NCBI GenBank assembly: GCA_001179505.1
Contig: CDMY01000508.1
Location: 26,091-90,090, forward strand
From: Vitrella brassicaformis CCMP3155
Taxonomy: Eukaryota > Protista > Chromerida
Direction of reading: 5' to 3'
Length of the DNA: 64,000 nucleotides
A program made the translations under genes and the position numbers. How positions within the stretch are numbered: the first letter of the stretch is position 1; each line of letters starts with the position of its first letter. The notes beneath the pieces are model-generated. The model was not told the DNA's origin, did not search any database, and saw nothing but the letters and a program-made list of their open reading frames with translations. Of the stretch, positions 12,639-25,568 are shown piece by piece.

Positions 12639-12960
12639 CGGCCCCATTGTCCAAGCCAGAGGCTTCCATTTTGTCCCCCTTGCTGCAGATACATTCAGCC
12701 GCTGGGCGTCCGCCATGCTTGCTTTTCTCAAGACGCTCGCCAAGAGGAAACCACGCACTTCGGCCATCCCAGCATCCGAAGATGTATCTTTGCGAGAGAG
12801 CGCCAGTAATCATTGGAGCCAGCTATGGTGAAGCTGATGAAGTACCATGCATTCCAGGTGGCCAACCGCTTTCAGAGAGCAGTGACCGCGAGGGGACCTG
12901 CTAAGACCAGTGCTTTTGCGGAGGACTTCATCACCCGAGGCCCTTACAGGCCTCACATGA
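12639..12960 (+). mobile_element. 3' tail of an RLE-type (CRE/R2-like) non-LTR retrotransposon, frameshifted
   Basis: RGFHFVPLAADTFSRWASAMLAFLKTLAKRK resembles the F.PLA.ETFG.WG..A..FL..LA motif after the RLE endonuclease core. Homologous to 29761-30140. Confidence 0.55.
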
Positions 12961-13572
12961 GGCCATTATGTGTTGGTGTAGTTGATTCTATGTACCGCCG
13001 GGCAGACCAGGCCCACTCGCGGACCTGAACGCACCGCAGTGGACACACCACATCACCATGTGCAACGGTGCGTCACATCCATCCACACCCATCCACGCCT
13101 GCCTGTGGGTCTCCAAAGCTCTGCGCCCGTGTGCTGCTGCCGCCCCAAGGCTGGAACTGTCGCAATATACATAGGCTCACCGAGCAGCACTGCCCATAAA
13201 TTGGCGAATTGCACCCAGATGGGGATGGTTCATTCCCAGCCCAGTGGCGATGAACACAGCTGGCAGAGAACTGTGCAGAAGGACGGACTCGTTAATGGGA
13301 AAAAGAAGCACTTGAAAAAAGTAGGGTTTGCGGGATTTTGTCTCCGATTCTGTGACTATGTTTGATGGGCTGTTTGGTTCATGTCAGAGTGCTGCTGTCA
13401 TTCATGTCGTATGGTGCGCATGTGCTTCTGCGAGTGCCTGTGTCTTTGCGTGTGCGCAAATCCATACAGACTCTAGATCAGCCGTACTGGTCGCCCATGC
13501 TTCCGTGTAAGCCACCTATATTCTTGACCGACGAAAGTTGATCACAAGGTGTGATGATTCTTAAAAGACAAG

Positions 13573-16230
13573 ATGCGGATAGACCTCACAGATGACGCAT
13601 CTGCCGGAAACTCGCAAGATCTCGCCCAAGACGAAGCGTCCGACCTACTAGGGCCCGCTCCCAAGAAGGCGAGGGTGTGTCGTACTGCGTGGCTGTGGCG
13701 GTGTCAGCCCTTCTACCTCAACGCGATAGTCGACTACGGGCGCGATGGGGAGGAGAACGAGGGCTGCTTGAGCATTCGGGACGTTGTCGATGGGCCCGTG
13801 CAAGAGGTGCGTTGGTTGGCAGATGGTGCCTGAATGAGCCTCTGGGCGTTGCTGCAATGGGCTCCTTGATGTGTTGTCCTTTTGCAGATGTTGCTCACCA
13901 GCACGAGATTTGACCTGGTCGGTGAGATGAGAGAGAACAGGCAGTCAGCGCACACTGGTTCTGTTCCTCCTTGTGTCAGCCGTGGCTGGTGGATGAGTGT
14001 CCCGTGATGAAGACAATCCGGCGCATCGCCGTACTCACCGGCGACCCACGGACAGACGACCCGCAGGACCAGCCCAGCAAAGGTGACTGAGCCCAGCAAA
14101 TCTGCATGCCACTTCTGTGTGGGTGCATGCGGTGTGTGGATGTGAATGTGGTCAGAGGAGAGGCTCCGGTTGCTTGTGGAGGCGGCGAATGATCTATCGT
14201 CGTATGGGCCGGCCGTGACGGTAGAGGCGGTGCCGCTGACCGATCAGCATGGCCGGTTCCATCCCAAGCTGATTTTCCTGACGTATGCGGACCGCATCCG
14301 CGTGTGCATCTCGTCAGCCAACTTCACGCACAGCGACTGGTTGGCAGAGAGGAGACGAAGAGGCCCGTGTGTGGGTGAAACGGTCACCTGTGTGTGTTGT
14401 GTGTGTAGGTGGAGGAAGAACCAGATCATCAATGTGCAGGACTTCCCCCGCAAGCTGCAGCAGGGCAGCCAGCCGTCGACAGACATGGAAGGTGAGGCTG
14501 ACTGATGGAATGCGGCCATCCCCATGTGTATTCAACGCTGTGTGTTCAGATCAGCTGGCGGCTTTCCTTCGTGCAACCACCAAGGCGGGTGGCTGGTGTG
14601 ACAAAATTCGCCAGTTCGACTACTCGACCGCCATTGGCAAGATAGTCGCGTCTGTGCCGGTGAGCCACACAGAGAGGGCGGGGTCATGACCGCACTCATC
14701 CAACACGTGCTGCTGTGTCACACGCAGGGCAGCCACGCGGGCTCGGATGTCCATCGGTGGGGCCACATGCGGATGCGCCGCCTGCTCAGTGGCCAGCCAG
14801 GCCCCAAGGGCCTGGAAGAGTGAGCAGACTGCATGGCGACTGCACCACTATGATGTCCGGCCGCTTTGTGACGGATATCTATTGTGTGTGCACGTATTTT
14901 GTTTATGTCGTGCGTCTGTCAGCCACGCTGTGGTGTGTCAAGTGGCGTTGCTCGACAGTCTCGAGGAAAACTGGATAGAGGAGTTCATCGGTCGGTCACC
15001 ACACACAACTACAGCTCCAGCTCTGCATGTGTGTGTGTGTGTATCCATCCATCCGACTCATCCCGTTTTTTGTTGCCTTCTGACTTGTGATTGTAGGTAG
15101 TTTGTGCGAGTGCCCATCCCACCCTGAGCTGGAGGCAGCCACTTACCTGGCGGCTCATCCTCCCGACCATAGACGAGGTGAGCTCATGCGCACCAAAGAG
15201 ATGAACGTGTGAAGACTCACTCTCAGTGTGTCGTCGCTTTGCGTGCAGGTGCGGACCTCGCTGGAGGGATGGGCGGCGGACAAGTAAGCATAGGATAAAT
15301 CTGGTCTACACTGAACACATATCACGTCACATGGATGTCTGGTTCTACCCTCTTAGGGAAGTGCAAGTCATGGAGGAGCGTCTGATGATCGCCGACATGA
15401 GGGTCGGTACGACGACGCCACTCCCAGAGGGCCTCCTGCACAGATGGGGCCTCCACAAAGCCAACGGCGAGCGGGCATGCTGCGGCGCCGCCATCCCCCA
15501 TCCGCCGGACAGGACGTCGGCGTCTCCCCACCTCGACACGTTCCTCAAGTGAGTGAGTCGCACACATGTAGCCAATGTGTGTGTGTATGTCGCTGTTGTG
15601 TTTTAGGTATGGCCGTCGGTCGGGTGACGTCAGCAAGCGCCGGGAGGTGGCGTGGATATATGTCGGCAGCCACAACTTCAGCAAAGTGAGTGAGCCAACA
15701 GCCAATACGGCATACGTCGTCTCTCTCGCACTATCCTGTTGTGTGATGTGTGTGACACAAATGCAGGCGGCGTAGGGTGAGCTGCAGAGCAACCACTCCA
15801 AGCTGTTCATCCGGTCATACGAGCTGGGCATCTTCATCTCGCCACACACACTCCGTGGCCTCACCCCGCCCCAACCACACACCACCCCACACACACAGCC
15901 GGCCGGCGCATCGTCTTCCAGTGGCAGCAGCAGTGCCGCCACTCCGATGCGGTCATTCGTGTGGCACAAAAGCGATAACACAGGTCGGTCGACACAGACG
16001 CTATCGCGTGCTGCCTATGTGACGTGTGGGTGTTGGCCTGCCTGTGTGCACCTCAGGGTCCTCTTCCCTTCCCCGTATGTATGCGGCCACGGCTCGGTGC
16101 CCGAGCGGTCCGCCTGACGTGCCTGTGATCGGCGTGCCTCTGCCGTACCCCCTGCCTCCGGTGCCCTACGGCCCTTCCGACACGGTGTAAACCATGGACG
16201 GTCCACACAACGTGCTCATCAACGACGTGC
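13573..16230 (+). pseudogene. TDP1: Tyrosyl-DNA phosphodiesterase 1, multi-exon, disabled
   Basis: GRFHPKLIFLTY..RIRVCISSANFTHSDW, QDFP, FDYS...IVASVP, WIYVGSHNFSK-AA*G..LFIRSYELG, PLPYPLPPVPYGPSD. In-frame TAG at 15773-15775 and a TAA near 16188. Second motif reads PHLDTF. Confidence 0.85.
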
Positions 16231-16838
16231 ACACCGGGGCGATGGCGGCTCTCAATGCCGCCCTCGCTCCTCAGCGATCGCTGGCTGCTCTGCTAACGCA
16301 CCTGCTGCCGCTGGTCGAGCACAACGACGGCAAAGACCCCGCCCCCTCCCCCCTCTCATGCGGCCCACACGAGGCAGAGGCCATCGGCTGGAAGATCACC
16401 GCCATGTGCTTCAACATGCGGGCCGCCAATGAGACCATCACGAGCACACTGACCATTCGCAATAGCGTCATGGGCGACCGTGTGTGTGCGGCCGTCGAGC
16501 ACTTCGTCAAGTCGGCTTTATATGCGAGCAGCAACAGGGAGGTGGTGGGCGGGGCGTCCAATGTGGGCGGCGTGACGATGCGGGTGCCGCTGCAGTGCTT
16601 CGCCATCAGGGCCGACAGCTGCCCACACCAGGTGGTCCACACACATGGGCGTGTGGGTGTGCGTGAGGTGGTCCACAGGGCTCGGCTGGACGAGGCGGCC
16701 CGACACGACATAGAGGAGGGGGCCATCGACAAGGGCTTCAACGAGCATTTGGGCAATGCCGACTGTGAGTTCGGTGAGTGGCAGCAGCTGGGCCGCATCG
16801 ACGAGCGGGGCCAGTGGGTGATACTCGGCATCAACTGA
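16194..16838 (+). CDS. Domain resembling a multicopy lineage-specific protein family, fused in frame after the TDP1 C-terminus
   Basis: Intronless, high-GC3 ORF ending GFNEHLGNADCEFGEWQQLGRIDERGQWVILGIN. I recall similar C-termini in Vitrella multicopy hypothetical proteins; unverified. Confidence 0.5.
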   Translation: MDGPHNVLINDVHTGAMAALNAALAPQRSLAALLTHLLPLVEHNDGKDPAPSPLSCGPHEAEAIGWKITAMCFNMRAANETITSTLTIRNSVMGDRVCAAVEHFVKSALYASSNREVVGGASNVGGVTMRVPLQCFAIRADSCPHQVVHTHGRVGVREVVHRARLDEAARHDIEEGAIDKGFNEHLGNADCEFGEWQQLGRIDERGQWVILGIN

Positions 16839-17710
16839 CTCACTCGACTGACTGGTGGTTTAGAAGTAGAGAGACGGAGCTTGGGGGTTGTGGGTGTGGG
16901 GCATTTTAAGCTGCCGAATGTGTGGCTGGCAGTAGCTGAGTGGTGCAATTAAGAACCAGAGAGTGAGAGATAGAGTGACGGACGGAGAAGGGTCCATTAT
17001 CCATGTGTGTGAAGAGGAGAATTTTTGCCGTGTTTGTCTTAGCTTAGCTGTGTGATTTCTGCCTCGACTTAGTGGATGAATGGACCAACCGTGCTGCATG
17101 ACTTGGCGTATTAGTGGATTGCCATGGTGGTCCACATCTGCGTACACATCCCATTACTATGTTTGCAGAGTATCCGTCATGCAGGCAGGCAGCCAGTCAA
17201 TCGTCCATTCAACCATGTCACCGACAATTTTGGCTCCTGCATGATCCATCCCAAGATGGATGCATCAGTCTGTGAGTCTGTGAATCTACATGTTGAGAGC
17301 AGCTCATCCACAAACACCGCCTGTGTGTCAGCGGCCCCCATTGCCTGCCGCGCCACGGACGGTCAGCGGAAGCCTGGCGGCACGCTTCGTCGTGTAGAGA
17401 TGGGCGAAGGTACATGTGAGCCTTGAATGTTTGCCCCGCCTGCCGAATTGCATTTATTCACCTGGCCCCTGGCGACACTCGCGCACGCAGTATGATGCAC
17501 GCATGAGAGAAATATCCACAGCTGGCGCACAATTAGGGCGGGATTGAGCACAGCGGCCACCCAATACAGGCCTGCAATGGGAAGAATCTTTGTTCTCATC
17601 GATCGCCTATCTAAGCTCGCACCTCCGGCAGATCCGACTCTCCCCTAGATGCACTGACTCATCGTATCGCATTGACGCATCTATGGGTGCGAAGAGATGA
17701 GTCGAGTCTG

Positions 17711-19477
17711 ATGATGATTCACCTCTCCGTCGTCTTTTTTGCCCTCTGCTCGTCGCTGGTGGCGTCCTCGCCCCTGCAGCGGATCCTCCAGGCCGCCAAT
17801 GAGACGGATCCATCCCCTGATGTCCCTCCAGGCTGGCGTGACCCAAAAAGGCTGAGGCTCCTCCAGCTCTCTCTCGTCTTCCGCCCGGCAGATGTGGTGA
17901 CCGATGCAGTGGAGCGAGGCGACAACATCCTCCCCTACACCGAGATGGAAGAGCTCGTGAGCTGCGATTCGTGCCAAGAGGACGCGGCCGCATTGTTTGA
18001 GTGGACTCACGACGCCGAGTTGGCGCCCAATGAGACAAGATCCATCTTTGAGGACAACCTGTGTGTTGTCCCCTTCATCACGTGCGTGCGGCTGAGCGAG
18101 GCGCTGGCGGACGGCGGTCCGCGGAAGGGCTACCTTATCGTTCTGACGGGGTTTCCCGGCGACCGAGAGATATCGGTTGTGCCGTGGATCTTGCAGCAGC
18201 GAGTGGGGAGGCCTATCGTCTTTTCGGATGCTTTCTATCGGCTGCGGCACGTGATGTGCCTCTGGTCCTACCAGGCGCCCATGCAAGCGACGCTGTCCGA
18301 TGAGCTTTCCAAAGTGACCTTTTTACGCGCCCTGTTCCTGTTGGGAGCGGTGAGCTGCATCCCGTACGCACATCCGCAGACTCACTCACCCACATGTTTG
18401 TGTGTGTGCGGTTTGTCATACCAGGGCCCCTTGGCAGGGCCGCTTCCCAGCACCATCGGAGAGCTGCCTTACCTCAAGGGCCTTTACATTCAGCAGCAGA
18501 TGTATGCCATCAACGGTCCCATCCCACCCTCCATCACCAGTCTACCGCATCTCGAGGCCCTCACACTAACATCTACGAGCTTCTCAGGGCCCATCCCTGA
18601 AGACATCGGCAATCTCAGACGGCTGCGCGTCCTCGAGATATGGGACAACAAGAAGATGAACGGAACCTTCCCCGCCAGTGTGACGTCTTGCCGCAACCTC
18701 ACCCGACTGAAGCTCGATGGCACCGGCCTCTCGGGCCTTCTGCCCGACGACCTGGGCGCCCTTTCCCGCTTGGACGAGCTGACGCTGGCGAATAACGAGC
18801 TGAGTGGTGAGCTGCCCCGGTCGCTGGTGCAGCTGAGGCGGCTGCAGGTGCTGCTTCTGACCAACAATCGGTTCAGTGGGCCGCTGCCGGACGGGCTGGG
18901 GACCAAAATGGGCAACTTGCGACAGCTGGATGTGTCGTTCAACAGGGTAGGCAGAGCACAACCAGCTTGAGCGCAGATGCGTATTTGAGAATGCCTGTGT
19001 ATGTCAATAACTGCCTGTTTCTCTCTCTGTCATCAGTTTTCCGGTCCAGTGCCGGCTTCCCTGGGCAATGCGGCCAACCTGACGTTTCTGAGTCTGGAGA
19101 GGCAGTGGCCGGGCTTCAGCGGCCCGATGCCACCGGAGCTGGGGCAGCTCAGCAAGCTGCAACAACTCACGCTCGCATACAATCAGGTACACACACACGC
19201 ACACAGACACACACACACACACGCACACACACGCACATGAACATAATGACGCACTCTCGCTGTCCACAATTGTTGTTTGTGTGTGCAGCTTTCCGGTATG
19301 CTGCCGGACACGTTGAGTGGCTGGAGGTCGGTCAAGTATCTCGACTTGCGCAACAACAACTTTGACAAACACCTGCCGCTTCTCCTCTTGCACCAGGCCC
19401 CACTCACCAAAGCTCTCGCCCTCCTCATACTCACCGACTTGGAGACCAACCTGAATGCATATAGGTTTTTCACGTGA
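17711..19477 (+). CDS. Signal peptide + LRR receptor-like protein, same family as 670-4268, ending after the LRRs
   Basis: MMIHLSVVFFALCSSLVAS; N-cap LCVVPFITCVRLS (cf. FCSVSFIVCIRLS); many LxxLxLxxNxLsGxlP repeats; exons bounded by GT..AG. Confidence 0.8.
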
Positions 19478-19489
19478 GGAGAGAGATAC

Positions 19490-22484
19490 GCAGACAGAAC
19501 ATGCCTCATTTGGCTCACTCTTGTCTCATGTGTCCGACTGAGAGTCCCTTCGCTTGCTGGCCCAGAGAGCGCAGAGACGAGAGATCCTCTCGTCGATGAC
19601 TGGCGCACAGCATGGATAGATGGAGACGTCCGACTCCTCTCGGCATACTGTCGCTTCTCCCCTCTCTCGACATGCTTCATGTCGTCAATCGGATCGATGG
19701 ACACGCGCTTGCCCGACCTTTGCTGCGCTGTTTCTTCAGTGTCACCCTCTGGCCTTTCTTGCTCCTGCTTCTGCTCCATCCCGATGACAGAAGCAAAACG
19801 TTTGTAGCCTTTGTAGTCCCGCATCTTGTTCTCATCGATAGCGACAGACCGTCGTCTGTGTGTGACGACATCATCTGCTCTCTGAGAGGATCTCTCGGTG
19901 GTCACTTGAGGGCGATCGAAGGCGTGAGGCATCAGCTTGAGGATACGGCTGATCTTTCGTACTGCCTCCTTCCACTTCTCCCGCCAGTTGCGACGCTTGA
20001 AGACACCGGCTCGGCCACTGAGAAGCAGCTTAAGCAGGGATCAATCTGTGTATAGGAACATTCGGCTTACGCGAGGACGAGGAAGAACGTGTCGCCGATC
20101 TGCCCTCCCTCTGATAGAACCTCGCCTTTGTCGAAGATCCTTAGCCGCAATACTTTGCACAGCTCTCGTCTCGTGCGGCGCCCCAGCGCATTAAAGACGC
20201 GGCGCGTCTCTATCTGGAGAAAGGAAGCAAAGGTAGATTCTCGCGAGTGAGTGAGACACTCAAACTCTTACGAGGCTGTCGAAAAGCTCGATCTCTGGTG
20301 GTCCTCGTTGTTGAGGTAGCCTGTTTTTGAGTAGTGCTTCAGCTGCCTCCAGCAAGCACCGGCGGCTGCGATGGTGACGCAGATACCTGCAAGCAGAAGG
20401 AGGAATGACATCTGCGTCTCGGGCATTTTGCATTATGCCTGATGTAGGTGACTCGATCGACCGTCAACACGATAGCTGACGTAATGGCCACCACATATCC
20501 CAGCCTTGGGCCTTCTCGAGCCAGTGCCCACTCGCCAAAGGCATCGCCTGATGGAGGCATTCCTGGATAACGATTCGGTCAAGACTTGGCCTTACCTTCC
20601 TCTAGTAGGGTGATAAGCTCGAGGGATTTTTCAATTGGCTCTCCCTCCTCTGTGTATGGCATCGGACCGGCAGCGCTGGCTGCCGATACACCAGAGACAC
20701 TCGACGCAGCGTCAGCATGGTCCTAAATAACACACACAGGCCACACATCTGCGCAAATGTGCACAATTGTGTCCCTGCAGACCTCACCCCTTCGTTGTCC
20801 CTGCCCTTCCTCGCTCCAGAGATACTCTCCGGACTGATTTCCCCCTCGGTGCCTTCCTCCTCTCCGGCGCCGCTCAGGCAGCGATACGCGCCCAGGACGC
20901 CATTGAGCGGCAGATAGAAGAAGTCGGCTTGTGCACCGTCTTCTATGATCACATCATGCTCGCTCACGGACCTCACGCCCACGAACTTGGAGACCTCCAA
21001 AAGGGTTGATCGGGGGATAGTGTCGAAAGGAGACATTGTCTCCAAAAAGTCAGACAGAAGCTTCAGGTCCTGCATTGCCCTGTGACACACGAAGTAAGGG
21101 GTTTCTAGATGCCTCATCTCTCTTTCTGTCTCGTACCTGTCCTGGGGGGACCTTGATCTCATAATGTCCAGTGCAGCGCTCTTTTTGACGGCCAGGCTCC
21201 GAGCCTCTTTCAGCACAGACTGGTAGAAATCCTTGGACACCCACAAAAACTCACATCTGTCCAAGAGACGGGAGATAAGGGCCGATTTGCACCGATTTGC
21301 ACGTTTACTTACGGAGACAGAGTCCGAATGGTGGCCGCCCTTCTCTCGTTCCGAATCAGTGCCCATTCACCGAAGGAATCGCCCTCACTCAGATCAGCCA
21401 GATGCTTCTCGCCTTCCTTGGCTGCCGGGTGTAGCACTGCTTGGATATCTTCTCCCTCCATGGTCGCTTCATCATCGCCCTTTTTCTGCCTTGGCAAATC
21501 AGCAAACACACCTACGGTGCCTAAGGCGAAAGAAACGCATAATGGCAAGGTTGATTTGCATTTTGCGGACCTTTCAAAATCAGAAAAAATGCATCTCCTT
21601 CATCTCCCTGATGAAATAGCTCTTCCCGCTCTCGCTTTTCGAGAAACCTCAGCTCGCGACATACTAATTGACGCACGGCCACGCTCAAGGAACGAAAGAA
21701 CTTATTGCCGCGGACAACCTTTGAAGAGAAACAAAAAAATCGTCAGAGTTCTCACGAGTGACCCTTTTTCCATTCACCATGAACAAGACTTCAATGTCGT
21801 CACGACTTCTCTCTTCGGGCGCCTTTGACCTCAGGATAGTCTTTGCCTCCTCGAGCACAGTTGCATCGATTTTCCTAAAGCCGCTGGGCCTTTCAGAGGC
21901 GCCAGTCGTCGCTTGTCGTGCGATGATCTTCTTGACCTGGCCCTCTTCGCCAGACTCAGCTGACGATCTCGTAGCTGCACCAAACAAGCAAATGCGACAA
22001 GGCAACCAAAATGGAACAAGGGGCTGGATGCGGACCGGATGAAGATGATGACGGCAAGAAGGCGTGTTCATTGCACACTCGATGCGCTATGGTCGCCAGC
22101 AGGTCAGATTCCCAGGGCGTCGCGCTCTTGTCCTTAGTCAGCGCGAGAATTCGGTGTTGCAGGGCCAAATTCTAGACAAGCAAACGGCCAACAGGAAGGT
22201 CTTCACCGGCACTGGACTTTCTCTCTTACCTGCCCACTGCTCGCCTTGGACCGCGTGCTGCCTTGTCGTTTCAACAGCGGTCGGTGTCCATCAGCTTGTG
22301 GATTTGGGGCGCCTGCGATGCGATGCGCTGATGCAACTGCTGAAACGAGGCCGCTGATGCGAGGGCTCCTCGGACTCATTGCCGGCGAGTGGACGGCCGG
22401 CAGTGACTCGGAAGTTTCATGATGCTGGGTGGGGGAAGAAGGGAGAGATGGCGAAGGACTGGGGGGCACAGGAATTCGCAGCAT
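19490..22484 (-). CDS. Protein with two cyclic-nucleotide-binding domains (multi-exon)
   Basis: Two phosphate-binding cassettes, GDSFGEWALIRNERRAATIRT and GDAFGEWALAREGPRLGYVVA, plus VIIEDGAQADFFYLPLNG. 3' end approximate. Confidence 0.8.
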
Positions 22485-22785
22485 CTTAGCGGATGCCAGT
22501 CATAGATACGTCCAGAAGCAGGAAGGACTGATGTTAGGGACTTTCTCCGGGACAAAAAGCTCGCACCCATCCGCGATCCCCGCCAAGCCCAAATTGGGCT
22601 GATTCTAGTAGGCGGATGGTGTACTGTGATCCGCGCCCCATGCATCTGCACAGAAATTGATGACAAAAAAAGCTCTCCGAGAAGCGATCGGCGGTAGAAG
22701 ACAACGTTAACGAAAGACTGGCGGATCCGCACGACGACGGCATCAGATTCTGTGATTGTCAATCTGCTCGCTGAGACGACGGTCA

Positions 22786-25223
22786 ATGATGAAGAGTGCC
22801 GATCTCTCTCCCTCGGCTCTCCTCGACGCCGTGCGGGCACTGCTTGGTGAGGTGAAGATCCCTACATGGGTTCTGGTGGCAGCGTGCGGGACTGCCTCAG
22901 TGGCTGCCATGTATGCGTATCTGCTGGACTTGAATCGGCGCAGAAGGGAGCATTTCAAGGTACGTGTGTGTGGATGACGGACAGACAGGCAGGCAGGCAG
23001 ACAGACGGCCTTTCGATGCCCTGTGTGCCTGTGTGTGTTGTGGCAGGACACACCGCAACCAGATGAAGAGCACCCAATTCTGGCGGCGCTGCCCGTCACA
23101 CGCAGGTGAAGTGCAATCGCCCTGACTGTGTCTTGGGGAAAAGGCCAGCCTCGGTTGTTCGTTTCTTTGCTCAGGGTGTTTGGGAGCCCGATGAACCATT
23201 CGCAGGGCGTCCAGGAACTAACGGACAAGCTTGGTCCAACATGGGGCGTCCGCATGCCTCTGTTCCTTCCTGGATTCGGCAAGCAAGGTACCGAGGGCGC
23301 CTTTTGCCCCGCCTGACTGACCTTGCGCTCACTGTCTTGCCTGCCGATTTCATCAGAGTTCCTTCTGTTCACGTCCGACCCGGCCATTATCAGCGAAGTG
23401 CAGGCCAAGAAAGACATCTTCCACAGCAGGCCAAGAACGGGCTTCGACACGATCATCCCTCAAGGCTTGCTGGCCCTCCGTGGGGACGAGAGGCAGTGGC
23501 AAACGCATCGGCGGCTCATTGCGCCTCTCTTCAGCGACAAGTTTTTGGCAGGTGAACGTTGCCGTTGCCAGAAGAGGAGAGAAGAGATGTGATGCAATTT
23601 CTTTGTGTGTGTCTGCGGCGTCTGTTCAGCGTATGGGCCCACACTGTACGAGAAGAGCGCGCTGCTGCATGATTCTCTTCTCCAGCACTTCAATGACAAA
23701 GTCAAAACGAAAGCGGTGCGTGCACTAGGAGAGATGAGACGACTGTGCATTGATGCACACACATTCCTTTTTGTATCTGTCGCGTCGCGTCGTGTCAGTT
23801 TGATGTGCAAGAGTGCCTGAATTTGGTCACATTGGACATCATCACGTCGATCGGTTTCGGTTTAGAGAAGGCTGACTCTGTGCGCGCGCTGCTGCCGCCG
23901 GATAGCCCACAAGCACTCACGCCGAATGAGGTACGGATATATGTGCATGCGAGTGGGAAATCTCACCTGTACGGGTGTATGTGTGCGCGCATCAGTTGCG
24001 GTCGGCTCTTGCATTCAAGCGGTGAGTGAGTCGGTCGGAAGCACTGATGCGCCACTCGTGCACACATTCATGGGTCCCTGTGCGTCTGTCTTGGTAGGGC
24101 TTCTGACGTGTTCCTCGAAGAGGCCCATAATCGAGCCACAGAGCCATCAGTCGCACGGTGCGAGTTGCATTGAGCATACCACACCACACAGGCATCCACG
24201 AATGTGTCTGCTTCCCTCTCGGCGTGTGTCAGGTTTTGGCCGCCGAGATACATCCGCTACCTCTCTGCCTACGCAATGGCCACCAAGCGTGTGTACGAGG
24301 TGTATCGTCACAAGGGTGACCCAGCCTCGCCTGCTGCATCGGGCCGCGGAAGCAAGGATCTCAACATGCTGATCGCTCTCAAGAATGCACAGGGTCAGTC
24401 AAGCAGCACACACATCAACACAGACCCATCCACACACCCATCCACACACCCATCCATCCATGTGTGTGTGTGTGTGTGTGAATGTGTTTGTGCAGAGGGC
24501 GGAGAGCATATGACTATGAAAGAGGTCAAAGATGAAATCATAAGCTTGATGCTTGCCGGTGAGTCGGTCGTTGGGAGGGAGGGAGGAACAGAGGCAGGCC
24601 TGGTGGTGGTGTTGTTGCTGTTCTCAGGTCATGAGACGACTGCCCTGACACGTCGTGGGCCTTGTATGAGTTGGCGGGCAACCCAGATGTCCAAGACAAG
24701 GTCTACAAAGAGGTCAGTCAGGAGATGCACACGTGGCCACGAGATAGGTGCACCGAGTGTGTTGCATCTGCGCATACAGGTCAAGAATGTGGATCTCAAG
24801 TCGCTATCGCTGATAGAAGTGAAAGACAAGCTGCCCTACACATACATGGTCTTGACAACGAAGCACCCAGCAGCCACACATCATTCATTTGTACGTCTCT
24901 CTTCCCAACACAGACATTCCAAGAGGCTCTGCGCCTGCACCCCACCGCCCCCATATTTCCGCGAGAGGTACATGCACTTCGCTGCTTTGGCTTACAGGTC
25001 TGCCATGCTACTGTTCCGTTGCAGGCGTCTGAGGATGTTGTGCTGGGCGGCAAGTATCGTCTTACTGCAGGGTCCCGCATTCTGTTCAACCAGCAGGCGC
25101 TTGCCTGGAACACCGAGCTGTGGGGGCCCGATGCCAAGAAATTCAAACCAGAAAGGTGCGTGCGACAAAACAGACAGGGCAAAAAAGGAAACGAGCAAAT
25201 GTGCTCCTGTGTGTGTGCGAGTG

Positions 25224-25272
<49 letters not shown>

Positions 25273-25568
25273 CTCTCAGGATGCAACGCCCCGATTTGGC
25301 CGACCTGGACAACTACTTCCCTTTCGGCTTTGGCCAAAGGTATTGACCACAACGACGCATGTACTCTTCATGTGTGTGACATCATCCATCCAGGATATGC
25401 ATCGGCAAGCGGCTGGCCTACGTCGAAGGCGTCTTCCTCCTTGCGCACTTCATCCAGGACTTCCATTTGGCCGTGCCGTCAGACTTTGCGCCGCGATATG
25501 AGGTGCGAGTGACGCTGCGGAGTGCAGACGGCATCACGCTGCTGCTGACGCCAAGGGCACACGATTGA
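22786..25568 (+). CDS. Cytochrome P450 (multi-exon)
   Basis: N-terminal TM anchor, I-helix LA-GHETT, K-helix EALR, FKPER, and spliced heme motif FGFGQRICIG. Stop at 25566-25568. Confidence 0.92.

Noticed and set aside
15773-16190. Alternative genetic code (TAG/TAA = Trp or Gln)
   Set aside because: TGG is used for Trp in the same gene, TAG and TAA end apparently normal ORFs (e.g. 9106), and the in-frame stops occur only in sequences with other signs of decay.
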